Source: Torpedo marmorata
Lineage: Eukaryota
NCBI GenBank assembly: GCA_977017645.1
Contig: OZ360219.1
Location: forward strand, 14,446,001 to 14,510,000
Direction: 5' to 3'
DNA: 64,000 nt
The position numbers were made by a program, and so were the translations under genes. The number at the start of each line of letters is the position of its first letter. Positions within the stretch are counted from its first letter, which is position 1. Below are positions 31,886 through 44,010 of this stretch, in pieces. The notes under the pieces were generated by a model. It saw only the letters and a program-made list of their open reading frames with translations. It was not told the DNA's origin and did not search any database.

Positions 31886-32234
31886 ATTAAGGACTCTGCT
31901 ACCTTGTGGTGCTGAGGATTGTACTGGTAAGGAGCTGCATTGTGTTAGCACATGGTGGTTGTAATCCTGTGAATTAGACCTCTGCTGATCTTCTCTCTCC
32001 TGCAGAGCCACACCTTTATGATTGTTGTTTGCTGCTGAGCCAGTCACATTAGTATATTTACATCAGACTTAGGCCAGAACAAAAAAATAGTATTTTCAAT
32101 TGAGGTATGTTATTCCCACTATAAACACTTGTATACTTATGAATGTAAATCTAATTCAATTTATGACATGATAGAAGTTTAATATATTTTAAATTTTAAC
32201 AATACAGCAGAGTGGAAGGCCCTTCTGCCAATGT

Positions 32235-32386
32235 AAAAAGACAGAAATGCTGGAGGAACTCAGCCGGTCCCGCAGCATCCATAGGAGATATCTTTACCTC
32301 CTATGGATGCTGGAGACTGGCTGAGTTGCTCCAGTATTTCTGTGTTTTTACTACAATCACAGTGTCTGCAGACTTTGTTGTTTCAC
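32235..32386. mobile_element. Minimal Penelope terminal-repeat insertion as an inverted pair
   Basis: Arms cagaaatgctggaggaactcagcc..catccataggag and ctcctatggatg..ctccagtatttctg; imperfect flanking duplication ccttctg(g)cc(a/g)atg. Confidence 0.7.
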
Positions 32387-32695
32387 TCCTTCTGGCCGAT
32401 GAAATCTGTGCAGCCCAACACCCAATCCTCATTTCCCTGGGTGAGATTCAAATTTCTATCACTGATCAATAATCCAGTCCTCTGGATACATATGTTGTTA
32501 CTTAACCACTATGCCCCCATACCATAGAAGGGATCCTGATTTCAACACAACCCACGAAGGATAAATGCAAAACTCAGAGGGCTGTCATTGGTTTTTGCCA
32601 CGACTTATGACGTATTTATATTCCTGCATCATCCAAAGCCATCCATCCACAAGGGTTAGAGCATTGCCAAAATATTTTGAATCAAGTCATGCTAC

Positions 32696-32835
32696 TGTTA
32701 CAAATTCAAACCAGCAACGACAGAAGACGCAATGCAAAAGGGGTAAAATTGAAATTTATATTTATTAAAGACAATTAAAGATATAATTTCACAACAATTA
32801 ACCCCACTATAAATGTCTATAAAAACTATTCTTAT

Positions 32836-32911
<76 letters not shown>

Positions 32912-33598
32912 AAGCCCAGACCATTACAGTCTGTGCCCAACCCTCATGTAAAAATGGAAAACCTTCCCCAAAACCCCCAGGTCAGTCATAAAATAAGTCA
33001 GTCCCAAAAATACAGTCCATCAAAATTCACTCCCTATGTTCAGGGTCCAAATTCAGCTCTGTGTGCTGGCAAGAAGGACTTCTTAATGAACGTTGGAGAG
33101 AGACAATGACTGTTTAAGCTTACAAATGCTTGGCCTGCTTTTCTTCTTTGATGACTTTCCCTTTTGGAAGATTCACGAGGATTGCGACTCCAAATCCGTT
33201 TTGGATTGAGGCGTGTACTTGGATCTCACAGCCTGTCTCGCTGATCTCACACCTGTTCTTCACAAAAGTTGTTTTAACTCTGGATTTTGCTGAGACAGGA
33301 GGCCATGTGCTATTCTCCCAGCCTTTTCCCCTGGGATGCACAAGCCTGGATTTTGCTGTGTTCTCCAGCCTTTGCAACTCCAAAACACAACTGAACCTCA
33401 ATGCTTTTTGCAGAGGTTTGCACCTGCAACAAAGTATCTCTCCAGAATCTGTCTCTCTCTGGTGTCTCTCTCTGTGTGAGTACAACAAGTCCTGGGCAAG
33501 TTAACTCTTTCAGTACCAGGTTCCAGTGTATACTCCAAAAGACTTCATCCTTCCTGCTGACCGTCCGCAGTCCAAATGGTCAGTCATGGCCCATAACA
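32696..33598 (-). repeat. 3' LTR of the Gmr1-type element
   Basis: Direct repeat of 37647-38691; TGTTA..TAACA termini. Confidence 0.93.
32839..32908. repeat. (GT)35 microsatellite inside the LTR
   Basis: Pure dinucleotide run. Confidence 0.97.
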
Positions 33599-33731
33599 CT
33601 ACGCACCCACAAAGAAAATTTTGGTCTGCAAGAACAAAATTTTGGAAATTAATTGAGGTGTCATAATATACACAAAACCCACAATGTTCATCCACAAACA
33701 CAAAATATGAAGCATTTTCATTTATAAAGTT

Positions 33732-34410
33732 TTAACATCTAGAAAGACAATCAGCAATTACATTATCTTTCCCTTTTATATGTGTTATTATCAAATCATA
33801 TTCTTGCAAAATTAGACTCCAATTCAACAACCGTCGATTCTTATTTTTCATTTTACAAAGGAAAACCAATGGATTATGGTCAGTATACACTATGAGTGGT
33901 ATTTGATCTGTACAGCTATACACCTCAAAGTGTTGTAGAGCCAACACAAGAGCTGACAACTCTTTTTCATGGTTGAATAATTCCTTTGATGATCATTGAA
34001 CTTCTTCGAGAAGTAGGATACCAGATGGTCAATGTCCTCTTCATTCTTCTTCTGTAACAGCACCGCACCCACAGCTTCATCGCTGGCATCCACGGCTAAA
34101 GAAAACGGCTGTTCTAAATTAGATGACTTAAGCACAGGTTGGTGGCATAACATGGCTTTCAATTTGACAAATGCTTCCTGACAACCTGTCAACCATACAA
34201 ATTTTTCTCCCTTTCTAAGCAAAGTTTTTACAGAACCTGCGGTAGTAGTCAATCATTCCCAGGAACCTCCTCAGAGTTGTCTTACCAGTTGGAACAGGGA
34301 ACTCGGAAATAGTCACAACCTTTGCCTCTACTGGCGCCAACTGCCCCTGTCCTACTACGTAACCCAGAGAATTAACAGTCCCATGACCCTCTCTGAAACT
34401 GGTTTTATCT
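33732..34410 (-). pseudogene. RT C-terminal remnant and RNase H
   Basis: LGYVVGQG, RRFLGM..YYRRF, AVDAS, YFSKK, YTDHNPL and IADCLSR in several frames. Confidence 0.85.
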
Positions 34411-34479
34411 GTCTCCTCCTTACCCCGGTCGATAACCAGTACCTCTGGTAAATGTTCAGTCTCTTTGTGCGGCACCTGT

Positions 34480-35769
34480 TCAAAATATGGCTTAATCATA
34501 TTCACATGACAGACCTGTGTGTCTCGTCTGCAATTAGGTCTTTCTATGACATAGGTGATCTAAATAATTTTTGACTTAACTCTATAGGGTCCTGAAAATC
34601 TAGCCCTCAGAGGATTTGATAGTGTGGGAAACAGAACTAATACATTCTCACCAGGTTTAAAAGTTCTCATCTTGGCCTTTCGATCATACCAAACCTTCAT
34701 TCTCTGTTGAGTGGCCTTTAAAGTCTCCTTTGCCATCTCACAAGCCCTATGCAACCGATCCTTAAATTTGGAAACATAATCTGACAGATTTAAATGCACA
34801 TCACTATTAATCCACTGTTCTTCTAATAATCTTAAAGGACCTCTCACCTCATGTCCGAAAACTAACTCAAATGGACAAAAACCAAGTGATTCTTGGACAG
34901 ACTCTCTGACTGCAAATAACAACAAATGAAACCCCTCATCCCAATCCTTTTCCTTCTCACAACAATAGGTTCTAATCATGTTCTTCAAAGTCGAATGGAA
35001 CCTCTCCAAGGCCCCTTGACTTTCTGGATGGTACGCAGAGGATACAATCTGTTTAACTCCCAGTCCATCAACCTGTCATGAAATTGCTGCCCTGATCTGA
35101 TTGAATTTCCCTTGGCAAACCTACCAAGGTGAAACACTTTACCATAGCCTTTACAATTGACTTTCCTTTAATGTTTCTCAGAGGAATGGCCTCTGGAAAT
35201 CTAGTGGCTGCACACATAATTGTTAACAAATACTCATTCCCCGCTTTGGTTTTGGGCAATGGGCCAACACAGTCCACAATCACCCTCGAGAAAGGCTCAC
35301 TGAAAGCAGGGATAGGCTGTAAGGGTGCCACCGGAGGACCCGGATTAGGTTTACCCACCACCTGACAAGTGTGACAATCCCGGAAAAAGCTTACAATCTC
35401 CCTTCTCATACTGGGCCAATAAAATTGTTTCATTATCTTCAGTATAGTTTTCTTCACCCCAAGGTGACCACCTAAGTGTGTGCTATGAGCCAAACTTATT
35501 ATTTCGTCCCTATATACTTTACGGATCACTACCTGCTGCACTGCTGCCCATTCTTCACTGGCAGGAAAATCACATGGTCTCCACTTTCTCATCAACATCC
35601 CATCTTTTTCATAATAACCCACTGGCACCTTTTTAATCTCCTCTTCAGAGAGAACCTTTTCCCTCACCTCAGCAAGATCAGGATCCTCCTTTTGCCTTGC
35701 TATTAGCTCCTGTCGGGATAGTGACAAATCTATGCCTTTAGGTGTCTTTTCAGTGGATGGGTGTGACAC
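34480..35769 (-). pseudogene. Integrase, frameshifted
   Basis: H..GGH/CHTC zinc finger, VDCVGPL, SDQGSNF, ERFHSTLK and FSGPY motifs. Confidence 0.88.
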
Positions 35770-35787
35770 AGGAGATTGTTCAACCTT

Positions 35788-37515
35788 TTACAGGTGTTCT
35801 TTATTATCACTGTCTTTTTCTTTCACCAAGTTATTTTCCACTGCCTTCTCTACAGTGGCATTTTTCTTAGACATGGTCCTGGTTATGGCACATACCGGAT
35901 AAATATCAGAGTCCTTCTCTGACTTATCAATGACTGGCTTAGTGGTCATTCGCACTGCAGGAACTACTTTATCCTTGGCCAAGTCATTGCCTAGCAACAG
36001 TGAGACTTCTTCTACTGGCAACTCTGATCTCACTCCTATTGTAACAGGTCCTTCCACCAAGGCTGAGTTCAACACTATTTTGTGCAAAGGAATGGACTCA
36101 ACATCACCCCCAATTCCTTTAATTAAATTCATTTCAGTAGCTTCGCAAAATTCCAAGACACTATCTAACACACGTGACTGAGCAGCTCCAGTATCTCGCA
36201 AGATTTTCACTGGAACTTGTTTTGATCCTGCCTTAACTGAAACAAAACCATCAGTCACAAAAGGTTTAAATACATCCCTAACTTTGTCAGTAAATTTGTC
36301 TCCTTCCTGGGTGTTATGCCTCTTCTCACTCTGAATACAAGCATTAGGTGTTGCATCCTTTTCTCTCTTCTTTTTCAACACTGGACAGCTTGCTAGCATA
36401 TGACCAGCCTTCCTACAGTAGTGGCAAATGGGATCTGAAGGGTTTTCCCTTTTCCACTTTCCTTCATCTTTCTCCTTAACAACACTTCCAAATTTACTTT
36501 CCACTTGCTTGCGATTATCCACAGTGTCCTTTTGGAAAATTCTGCCTGACGTCCACTTAGGCTTGTGGGTTAAAGCATATTTATCTGCTAACTTAGCTGA
36601 ATTTTGCCAGCTTTTCACCTCATTTTCATCTAAGTATGCCTTAATATCCTCAGGAACACACCTTTTTATCTCCTCAATTATTATCAATTCTCTCAATTGA
36701 TTGTAAGCATTGTTTACCGCCTTAGATGTGCACCACCGGTCAAAACACACAACCTTTTCATAGGCAAACTCTGTGTAACATTGTGTTGCTGATCTTTTTA
36801 AATTTCTAAACTTCTGTCTATAAGCCTCTGGAACTAACTCATAAGCCTGGAGTATACAATTTTTCACCGTTTCATAATCAACAGCTTGCTCCGTGGTAAG
36901 AGTAGAATAAGCTTGCTGAACTTTTCCTTTTATTACACTTTGTAACATAAGAGACCATTGGTCTTGTGGCCATTTTAATTTCACAGCCACCTTCTCAAAA
37001 TGTTGTAAGTACTTATCTATTTCCGCTTCCTCAAATGGAGGAACCAACCTAACTTCTCTACTGGCCAAAAACCTCTCAACAGGATGACAAATTTGATCTT
37101 GGTGCTCTTCTTGTCTCCTCTCATTTTCCAACTTAATCTTTTCCAGCTCATATTGCCTAATTTTCTCCTCTCTCTCTAAATCTAATCTCTTTTATTCTCT
37201 GGCTGCCTCCAAGTCTAATCTTTTTTGTTCCAATTCCCTGTCTAATTTCTTTTGTTCCAATTCCAAGTCTAATCTCTTTAGTTCTAACTGTAAGTTTTCA
37301 GAAGGTTTCCCCTTGGGAAACTGCTCTAACACACTCTCCTCAAACTTTTTTCCTTTTATATAGTATTTGACAATTTTTATCCCAATCTCTGCCTTTTTCA
37401 TTGATGGTTTTACAGAAGCAATGCCCAACTCTGTTGCTATAGCCACTAACTGTTCCTTTTAAGCCTTTTTTAAAGTATCAGGTTCACGTGATTCCAAAAA
37501 TTTTTCTACATCCAT
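35788..37515 (-). pseudogene. gag + protease with in-frame stops
   Basis: Coiled-coil N-terminus, LVPPFEE..HFEKVA, YELVPEAYRQKFR, CCHC knuckle, LRDTGA, LLGNDL. Confidence 0.85.
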
Positions 37516-37630
37516 TGTTGCTGGTTTTTCGTTACACAAACACTAGCTTTTAATTAGCTTTACAAAAGGAATGTCTTAATCCAGACTGGGATTCCTTCAA
37601 TTACCAAAATGGATCTTGATTCAAATCCTA

Positions 37631-37643
37631 GGACGAGCCCCCA
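37631..37643 (-). promoter_or_regulatory. Primer-binding site, tRNA-Pro type
   Basis: Minus strand TGGGGGCTCGTCC, 3 nt after the 5' LTR, complementary to the tRNA-Pro 3' end. Confidence 0.85.
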
Positions 37644-37646
37644 ATT

Positions 37647-38691
37647 TGTTACAAATTCAAACCAGCAATGACAGAAGACGCAATGCAAAAGGGGTAAAAT
37701 TGAAATTTATATTTATTTATTTATTTTTAAAAAAAAATATTTTATTTAAATTTTTAAATCACAAAATACATAACATAATTTTGCATATATTTCAAAAATA
37801 CATGTGATATACATTTTCTCCCCCCCTTCCCACCCTCCCCTCCCTAACCCCTATCTCCCCACTACTCTAAAAATAAAATATAGTAATATGGGGGTGAAAT
37901 TTATATTTATTAAAGACAATTAAACATATAATTTCACAACAATTAACCCCACTATAAACGTCTATAAACACTATTCTTATCTAAAGAGTGTGTGTGTGTG
38001 TGTCTATAAAGCCCAGACCATTACAGTCTGTGCCCAAACCTCATGTAAAAATGGAAAACCTTCCCCAAAACCCCCAGATCAGTCATAAAATCAGTCCATC
38101 AAAATTCACTCTCTATGTTCAGGGTCCAAAGTCAGCTCTGTGTGCTGGCAAGAAGGACTTCTTAATGAACGTTGGAGAGAGACAATGACTGTTTAAGCTT
38201 ACGAATGCTTGGCCTGCTTTTCTTCTCTGATGACTTTCCCTTTTGGTAGATTCACGAGGATTGCGACTCCAAATCAGTTTTGGATTGAGGTGTGTACTTG
38301 GATCTCACAGCCTGTCTCGCTGAACTCACGCCTGTTCTTCACAAAAGTTGTTTTAACTCTGGATTTTGCGGAGACAGGAGGCCATGTGCTATTCTCCCAG
38401 CCTTTTCCCCTGGGATGCACAAGCCTGGATTTTGCTGTGTTCTCCAGCCTTTGCAACTCCAAGACACAACTGAACCTCAATGCTTTTTGCAGAGGTTTGC
38501 ACCTGCTTTTGCAAAAGTGCAACAAAGTATCTCTCCACAGTCTGTCTCTCTCTGGTGTCTCTCTCTCTGTGAGTATAAGACGTCCTGGGCAAGTTAACTC
38601 TTTCAGTACCAGGTCCCAGTGTATACTCCAAAAGACTTCATCCTTCCTGCTGACCGTCCGCAGTCCAAGTGGTCAGTCATGGTCCATAACA
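37647..38691 (-). repeat. 5' LTR of the Gmr1-type element (contains an L1 tail insertion)
   Basis: Direct repeat of 32696-33598, adjacent to the PBS. Confidence 0.93.
37718..37894 (-). mobile_element. Very short L1 3' tail insertion
   Basis: Matches L1 3' UTRs at 7139 and 59541; 17-bp TSD TGAAATTTATATTTATT (37701-37717, 37895-37911); absent from the other LTR. Confidence 0.9.
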
Positions 38692-39289
38692 CTACACATT
38701 TCATGTAAAATGTGAAAATTGGGGATTCTGAATCCTCCCATTTTAAATATACCTTGCTGTTATAGAATTGTTGTGGCAATTTTCTCATTTTTTGTTAGAT
38801 TTTGCTGCATCAGCTGAATGTTGCCTATTATTTTAGTAGTTTTATTGTTTTATATTTTTTTCCAATGTCTATTATTGCATTGTCTATTATTTAGCCACAG
38901 ATGCATTTTAAATAATGCCATACAAAGTGGTGAAGATGGGAATTCATTTGACTGTAATGCAAAAAAAACTGTACTCAAGAAAAATACGCATACAAAAGAG
39001 AGAAATGCAAACAAGAAGTGCAAACAAACTGTGCGATACTCAAAATAACAAATATTCAATAAAAAAGTGAACATAAATATGTTCTGCAATTGTAAACTGT
39101 AATTAACAGTGGCTAACAAGCACATCTTTGGGTATGTGGGAGGAAACTGGAGCCCCCAGGGAAAATTCATTTTGTCACATGGATTGTGTGCGAACTCCAC
39201 ACAGACAGCACTAGAAGTTCAGATCGAATACCTGTGGCAGCCAAACTACATGCAAAAGCACTCTTGGTTAAGCAGATGAGAAAAATAGG

Positions 39290-40580
39290 ATCATAGAACA
39301 CTACAGCACAGAAAAGAAACAGGCCTTTGGCCCTTCTAGTCTGTGCCAAACTATTATTCTGCCCAGTCGCACTGACCTGCATCTGGACAACACCCTCTGT
39401 AATTGGATTCTGGACTTACTGACGGGAAGACCTCAGGCAGTCCGGATTGGAAACAGCACATCTAAGATCATTACATTGAGTACGGGGGTTCCCCAGGGCT
39501 GTGTGCTTAGTCCATTGCTGTTCACTCTGCTGACTCATGACTGTGCAGCAAAACACAGCTCGAATCACATCATCAAGTTCACTGATGATACAACCGTGGT
39601 GGGCCTTATCAGCAAGAACGATGAGTCAGCATACAGAGATGAGGTGCAGTCGCTAATTGAATGGTGCGGAGCCAACAACCTGCATCTAAATGTAAATAAA
39701 ACAAAAGAGTTGGTTGTCGACTTCAGGAGGGCCCGGGGGATCATTCTCCATTGACCATGAACAGCTCTACCGTTGAGGTCGTAAAGAGTACCAAGTTTCT
39801 TGGAGTGCACTTGGCAGAAAATCTCACCTGGTCCCTCAACACCAATTCCAAAGTCAAGAAAGCCCAGCAGCGCCTCTACTTCCTGCGAAGGCTGAGAAAA
39901 GTTCATCTTCCACCCTCTATCCTTACTACATTCTACAGGGGATGCATTGAGGGTATTCTGAGCAATTGCATCACCGCTTGGTTTGGAAACTGTACCATCT
40001 CGGACTGAAAGACCCTGCAGAGGATAGTGAGGTCAGCGGAGATAATTATTGGTGTCTCTCTTCCCACCATCACGGACATCTACAACACATGATGCATGAG
40101 GAAGGCTAATAACATTGTGAAGGACTTCTCACACCCCTTTTGTAAACTTTTTTCCCTTTTTCCATCTGGAAGGAGGTACCAAAGCATTTGGGCTCGTACG
40201 TCCAGATTGTGCAACATTTATTTTCCCCCAAGCCATCAGGCTCCTCAATTTTTAGATATATATGTGTATTAGCATGTTATAGTTTTTTTATTGTATTATG
40301 ATATTTATGTACATTTGCCCATGGTCCTGGAGAAACGCTATCTCGTCTTACTGTGTATATGGTAATGAACGACAAATAAAGGTGACTTGACATAACCCTC
40401 CATACCCCTCCCATTCATGTACCTGTCCAAATTTTTCTTGTGTCAAAATTGAGCCTGCATTCACCAATACAGCTCGTTCCACACTCCCACCACTCTCTGC
40501 ATGAAGTTCCTCCTAATTTTCCCTTTAAATTTTTCCCCTTTCACCCTTAACTCCCAACCTCAGTGGAAAAATCCTGAGGA
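39290..40580 (-). mobile_element. CR1 3' end split by a Rex1 insertion
   Basis: CR1 3' UTR reverse complement at 39290-39389 resumes at 40391 (cataaccctccatacccc). Confidence 0.75.
39390..40390 (+). mobile_element. 5'-truncated Rex1/Babar LINE
   Basis: STGVPQGCVLSPLLF, KFTDDTT, KTKELVVDFRR and AQQRLYFLRRL; AATAAAGGTGACTTGA tail. Confidence 0.9.
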
Positions 40581-41040
40581 TGATTAATCTCATCCTTCAG
40601 AATTTTTTCAACAATATTTCTCCCACTGATGTTGAACACATTGGCCTACAATTACCTATTTATCCTTTCTGCCCTTCTTGGATAAAGGTACTACTTTTGT
40701 TCTCCAACAGTCATCTGACACCTCTTCTATGACCATAGAAGATTTGAACATTTCTGTCAAAATCCCAGCAATCTCCTCCCTTATTTCCCATAGCATCCTG
40801 GGATCTATTCACCTTTAAGCCTGCTAAGGTATATAATACCTTCCTTTCCTTGGTTATTTGTTCTGGGACTCCACTATTCCTTCCTAAATTCTCCAGATCA
40901 ATGTTCTTCTGCAAAGTCAATATACATAAAAATTATTCAATTAAGATCTCAGCCACATCCTCCAGCTTCACGCATAGATTGATACCTTGGTCCCTAATGT
41001 TCATTACTCTTTCCCTGGTTACTTCTTGCATTTAATATTA

Positions 41041-42795
41041 ATATAACCATACCATATAACAATTACAGCACGGAAACAGGCCATTAGGCCCTTCCAGTCC
41101 GCACCGAACCAAACACTCCTCTCTAGTCCCACCTACCTGCACCCTGCCCATAACCCTCCACTTCCTTCTCATCCATATACCTGTCCAACTTTTTCTTAAA
41201 TAATAAAATTGACTCTGCCGCCACTACTTCTCCCGGAAGCTCATTCCACACCGCTACCACTCTCTGAGTAAAGAAGTTCCCCCTCATGTTACCTCTAAAC
41301 CTCTGCCCCTTAACTCTTAACTCATGTCCTCTTGTTTCAATCTCTCCTACTCTTAATGGAAATAGTCTATCCACATCCACTCTGTCTATCCCTTTCATAA
41401 TCTTAAATACCTCTATCGAATCCCCTCTCAACCTTCTATTCTCCAAAGAATAAAGACCTAATCTGCTCAATCTCTCCTTGTACTCTAGATGCTTAAACCC
41501 AGGTAACATTCTGGTAAATCTTCTCTGCACTCTCTCCACTCTGTTGATATCCTTCCTATAATTTGGCGACCAGAACTGCACACAGAACTCTAAACTAGGC
41601 CGCACCAACGCCTTATATAATCTCAACATCACTTCCCAACTCCTATATTCTATGCAATGATTGATAAAGGCCAGCCTACTAAAAGCCTTCTTCACCACCC
41701 TATTCACATGAGTTTCTACCTTCAGGGAACGATGCACCGTTATTCCTAAATCTTTCTGCTCTTCTGTATTCATCAATACTCTCCCATTTATTACGTATGT
41801 CCTGTTCTGATTCTTCTTACCAAAATGAAGCACCTCACACTTATCAGCATTAAACTCCATCTGCCATTTTTCAGCCCACTTTTCTAAGCAGCCCAAATCC
41901 CTCTGCAATCCTTGAAAACCTTCTTCATTATCCACTATTCCACCTATCTTAGTATCGTCTGCATATTTACTAATCCAGTTCACCACCCCATCATCTAGAT
42001 CATTAATGTATATAACGAACAACAATGGGCCCAATACAGATCCCTGAGGCACACCGCTGGTCACCGGCCTCCAACCTGACAGACAATTATCCACTACCAC
42101 TCTCTGGCCTCTCCCTTTCAGCCAATGTTCAATCCATTTGACTATCTCAAAATTTATACCTAAAGACTGCACCTTCCTAACTAACCTTCCATGTGGTACC
42201 TTATCAAAGGCCTTACTGAAATCCAGATAGACAAAATCCACCGCGCTACCCTCATCCACATTCCTAGTCACCTCTTCAAAAAATTCAATCAGTTTGGTCA
42301 AACAGGACCTTCCGCTCACAAATCCGTGTTGAGTGTTCCTGATCAGACCCTGTCTATCCAGATATTTATAAGTACTATCTCTAAGAACTTTCTCCATTAA
42401 TTTACCTACCACAGATGTCAAACTTACAGGCCGATAATTGCCAGGCTTCCTCCTTGAACCCTTTTTAAATAACAGAACCACATGCGCAATACGCCAATCC
42501 TCCGGCACTATCCCCATCTCTAATGACATTTGGAAAATCACCGTCAGAGCCTCTGCTATTTCCTCACTTACTTCTCTCAAGGACCTGGGGAAGATCCCGT
42601 CGGGTCCCGGAGACTTATCCACCTTTATATGCCTCAAAAGCCCTAACACTACATCTTTCGTAATCCCTATATTCTCCATATTTACCCAATTTGCTTTTTT
42701 TATCTCGCATATCCCAATATCCTTCTCCTTGGTGAATACCGAAGAAAAGAAACTGTTCAATATCTCCCCCATTTCTCTTGGCTCCACACACAGTT
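41041..42795 (-). mobile_element. Young 5'-truncated CR1, same family as 18879-21318
   Basis: Open ORF2 segment 41123-42799, near-identical protein and 3' UTR to the other copy; TATGGTTA-type tail. Confidence 0.95.
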
Positions 42796-42799
42796 GCAA
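41123..42799 (-). CDS. CR1 ORF2 reverse transcriptase region, 558 aa open segment
   Basis: KSPGPDG, QHGF, GVPQGSVLGP and KYADD motifs; 5'-truncated, so no authentic start. Confidence 0.85.
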   Translation of the reverse strand: MQLCVEPREMGEILNSFFSSVFTKEKDIGICEIKKANWVNMENIGITKDVVLGLLRHIKVDKSPGPDGIFPRSLREVSEEIAEALTVIFQMSLEMGIVPEDWRIAHVVLLFKKGSRRKPGNYRPVSLTSVVGKLMEKVLRDSTYKYLDRQGLIRNTQHGFVSGRSCLTKLIEFFEEVTRNVDEGSAVDFVYLDFSKAFDKVPHGRLVRKVQSLGINFEIVKWIEHWLKGRGQRVVVDNCLSGWRPVTSGVPQGSVLGPLLFVIYINDLDDGVVNWISKYADDTKIGGIVDNEEGFQGLQRDLGCLEKWAEKWQMEFNADKCEVLHFGKKNQNRTYVINGRVLMNTEEQKDLGITVHRSLKVETHVNRVVKKAFSRLAFINHCIEYRSWEVMLRLYKALVRPSLEFCVQFWSPNYRKDINRVERVQRRFTRMLPGFKHLEYKERLSRLGLYSLENRRLRGDSIEVFKIMKGIDRVDVDRLFPLRVGEIETRGHELRVKGQRFRGNMRGNFFTQRVVAVWNELPGEVVAAESILLFKKKLDRYMDEKEVEGYGQGAGRWD

Positions 42800-43540
42800 A
42801 ATGCTGCAAAATGTTTTCTAATTTTCTAATCTTGACTGCAAACTATTTTGTTCAGCTCTTGCCTTCCTTTGCCCTTCTAATTAATATTTTTAATACACCC
42901 TACACTTTCCATAGGCTCTCTCCTGCTTGTCCATAGGAGGTAAAGATATATTACAGACTTTTCAGGCCTGTGCCCTTCCTCAAGTTATCGGGCTCAAGCC
43001 CGAGATGTTGGTTATATGTCTTTATCTCCTATGGATGCTGCGAGACCTGCTGAGTTCCTCCAGCATCTTCGTGTTTTTACTACAGGTCGGGTACCCCGTA
43101 TCCGAAGTTCTGAATACCGAAAAGATCCAAAAACCGAACTTTTTTTTAGCGCCGACATGACGTCACAAGTTGAAACAAAATCACCACCTGACTTGCCCAT
43201 GTGGGTCTCTGACGCTCTGTTGGCGCCAGTTTGGTAACAACAGAGCTCAGAACCAGCCGGGAAGACAGACGCTGAACGGCTGGATGTCGGCTCAGAGAAG
43301 CAGGTTGGAATCTCGAGCCATCAGTGAGCAACTGGAGGAAGTCGGCGGGTCAGGCAGCGCTTGGGGAGAAATTAGGTGCAAGGGTCAGCCCTTAAACCAA
43401 AGAGCATGAATGCTGATTATCCTCATTTCAGGTAACTCCCTCCCCGCTCTCTTGGTTTACAAACTGTGTGCCGCTGTCTCCCAGCTGCAAGAGGTCGGAA
43501 GAATCCTTTCTCCCGGCGTCATCAAGGAGAGCGGCCTCCC

Positions 43541-43827
43541 AGGCAGGAGCAGGGACCTCGGGCTCCCACGTAGGAGCGGGGACCTCGGGCTCCCATGTAG
43601 GAGCGGGGACCTCGGGCTCCCGAGTAGGAGCGGGGACCTCAGGCTCCCAGGTAGGAGCGGGGACCTCGGGCTCCCGAGTAGGAGCGGGGACCTGAGGCTC
43701 CCAGGCAGGAGTGGGGACCTCGGGCTCCCGAGTAGGAGCGGGGACCTCGGGCTCCCGGGTAGGAGTGGGGACCTCGGGCTCCCGGGTAGGAGCGGGGACC
43801 TCGGGCTCCCGGGTAGGAGCGGGGACC
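43541..43827. repeat. 27-bp GC-rich minisatellite, about 10.6 units
   Basis: Unit approx. GGGTAGGAGCGGGGACCTCGGGCTCCC in tandem. Confidence 0.95.
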
Positions 43828-43834
43828 GTAGTCG

Positions 43835-44010
43835 GGGATCAGCGGCGACGGTGGGGAGGTGTCAGGGACCGGCAGCGGTGGGGAGGTGTTGGGACCAGCG
43901 CCGGCGGTGGGGAGGTGTCGAGGACCGGCGGTGGTGGGTAGGAGTTAGGGACCGGCGGCAGCAATGGGGATGTGTCGGGGACCGGCGGCGGCAGTGGGGA
44001 GGTGTCGGAG
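43835..44010. repeat. Degenerate ~27-30-bp G-rich tandem repeat
   Basis: Recurring GGGACCGGCGGCGGTGGGGAGGTGTC-like unit, about six copies. Confidence 0.8.

Larger units (their letters stand above)
32696..38691 (-). mobile_element. Gmr1-type Gypsy LTR retrotransposon (PR-INT-RT-RH order), defective
   Basis: LTRs 32696-33598 and 37647-38691; 4-bp TSD CTAC; gag CHYCRKAGHMLASC, protease LRDTGA, then integrase, then RT C-terminus and RNase H (IADCLSR). Confidence 0.95.
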
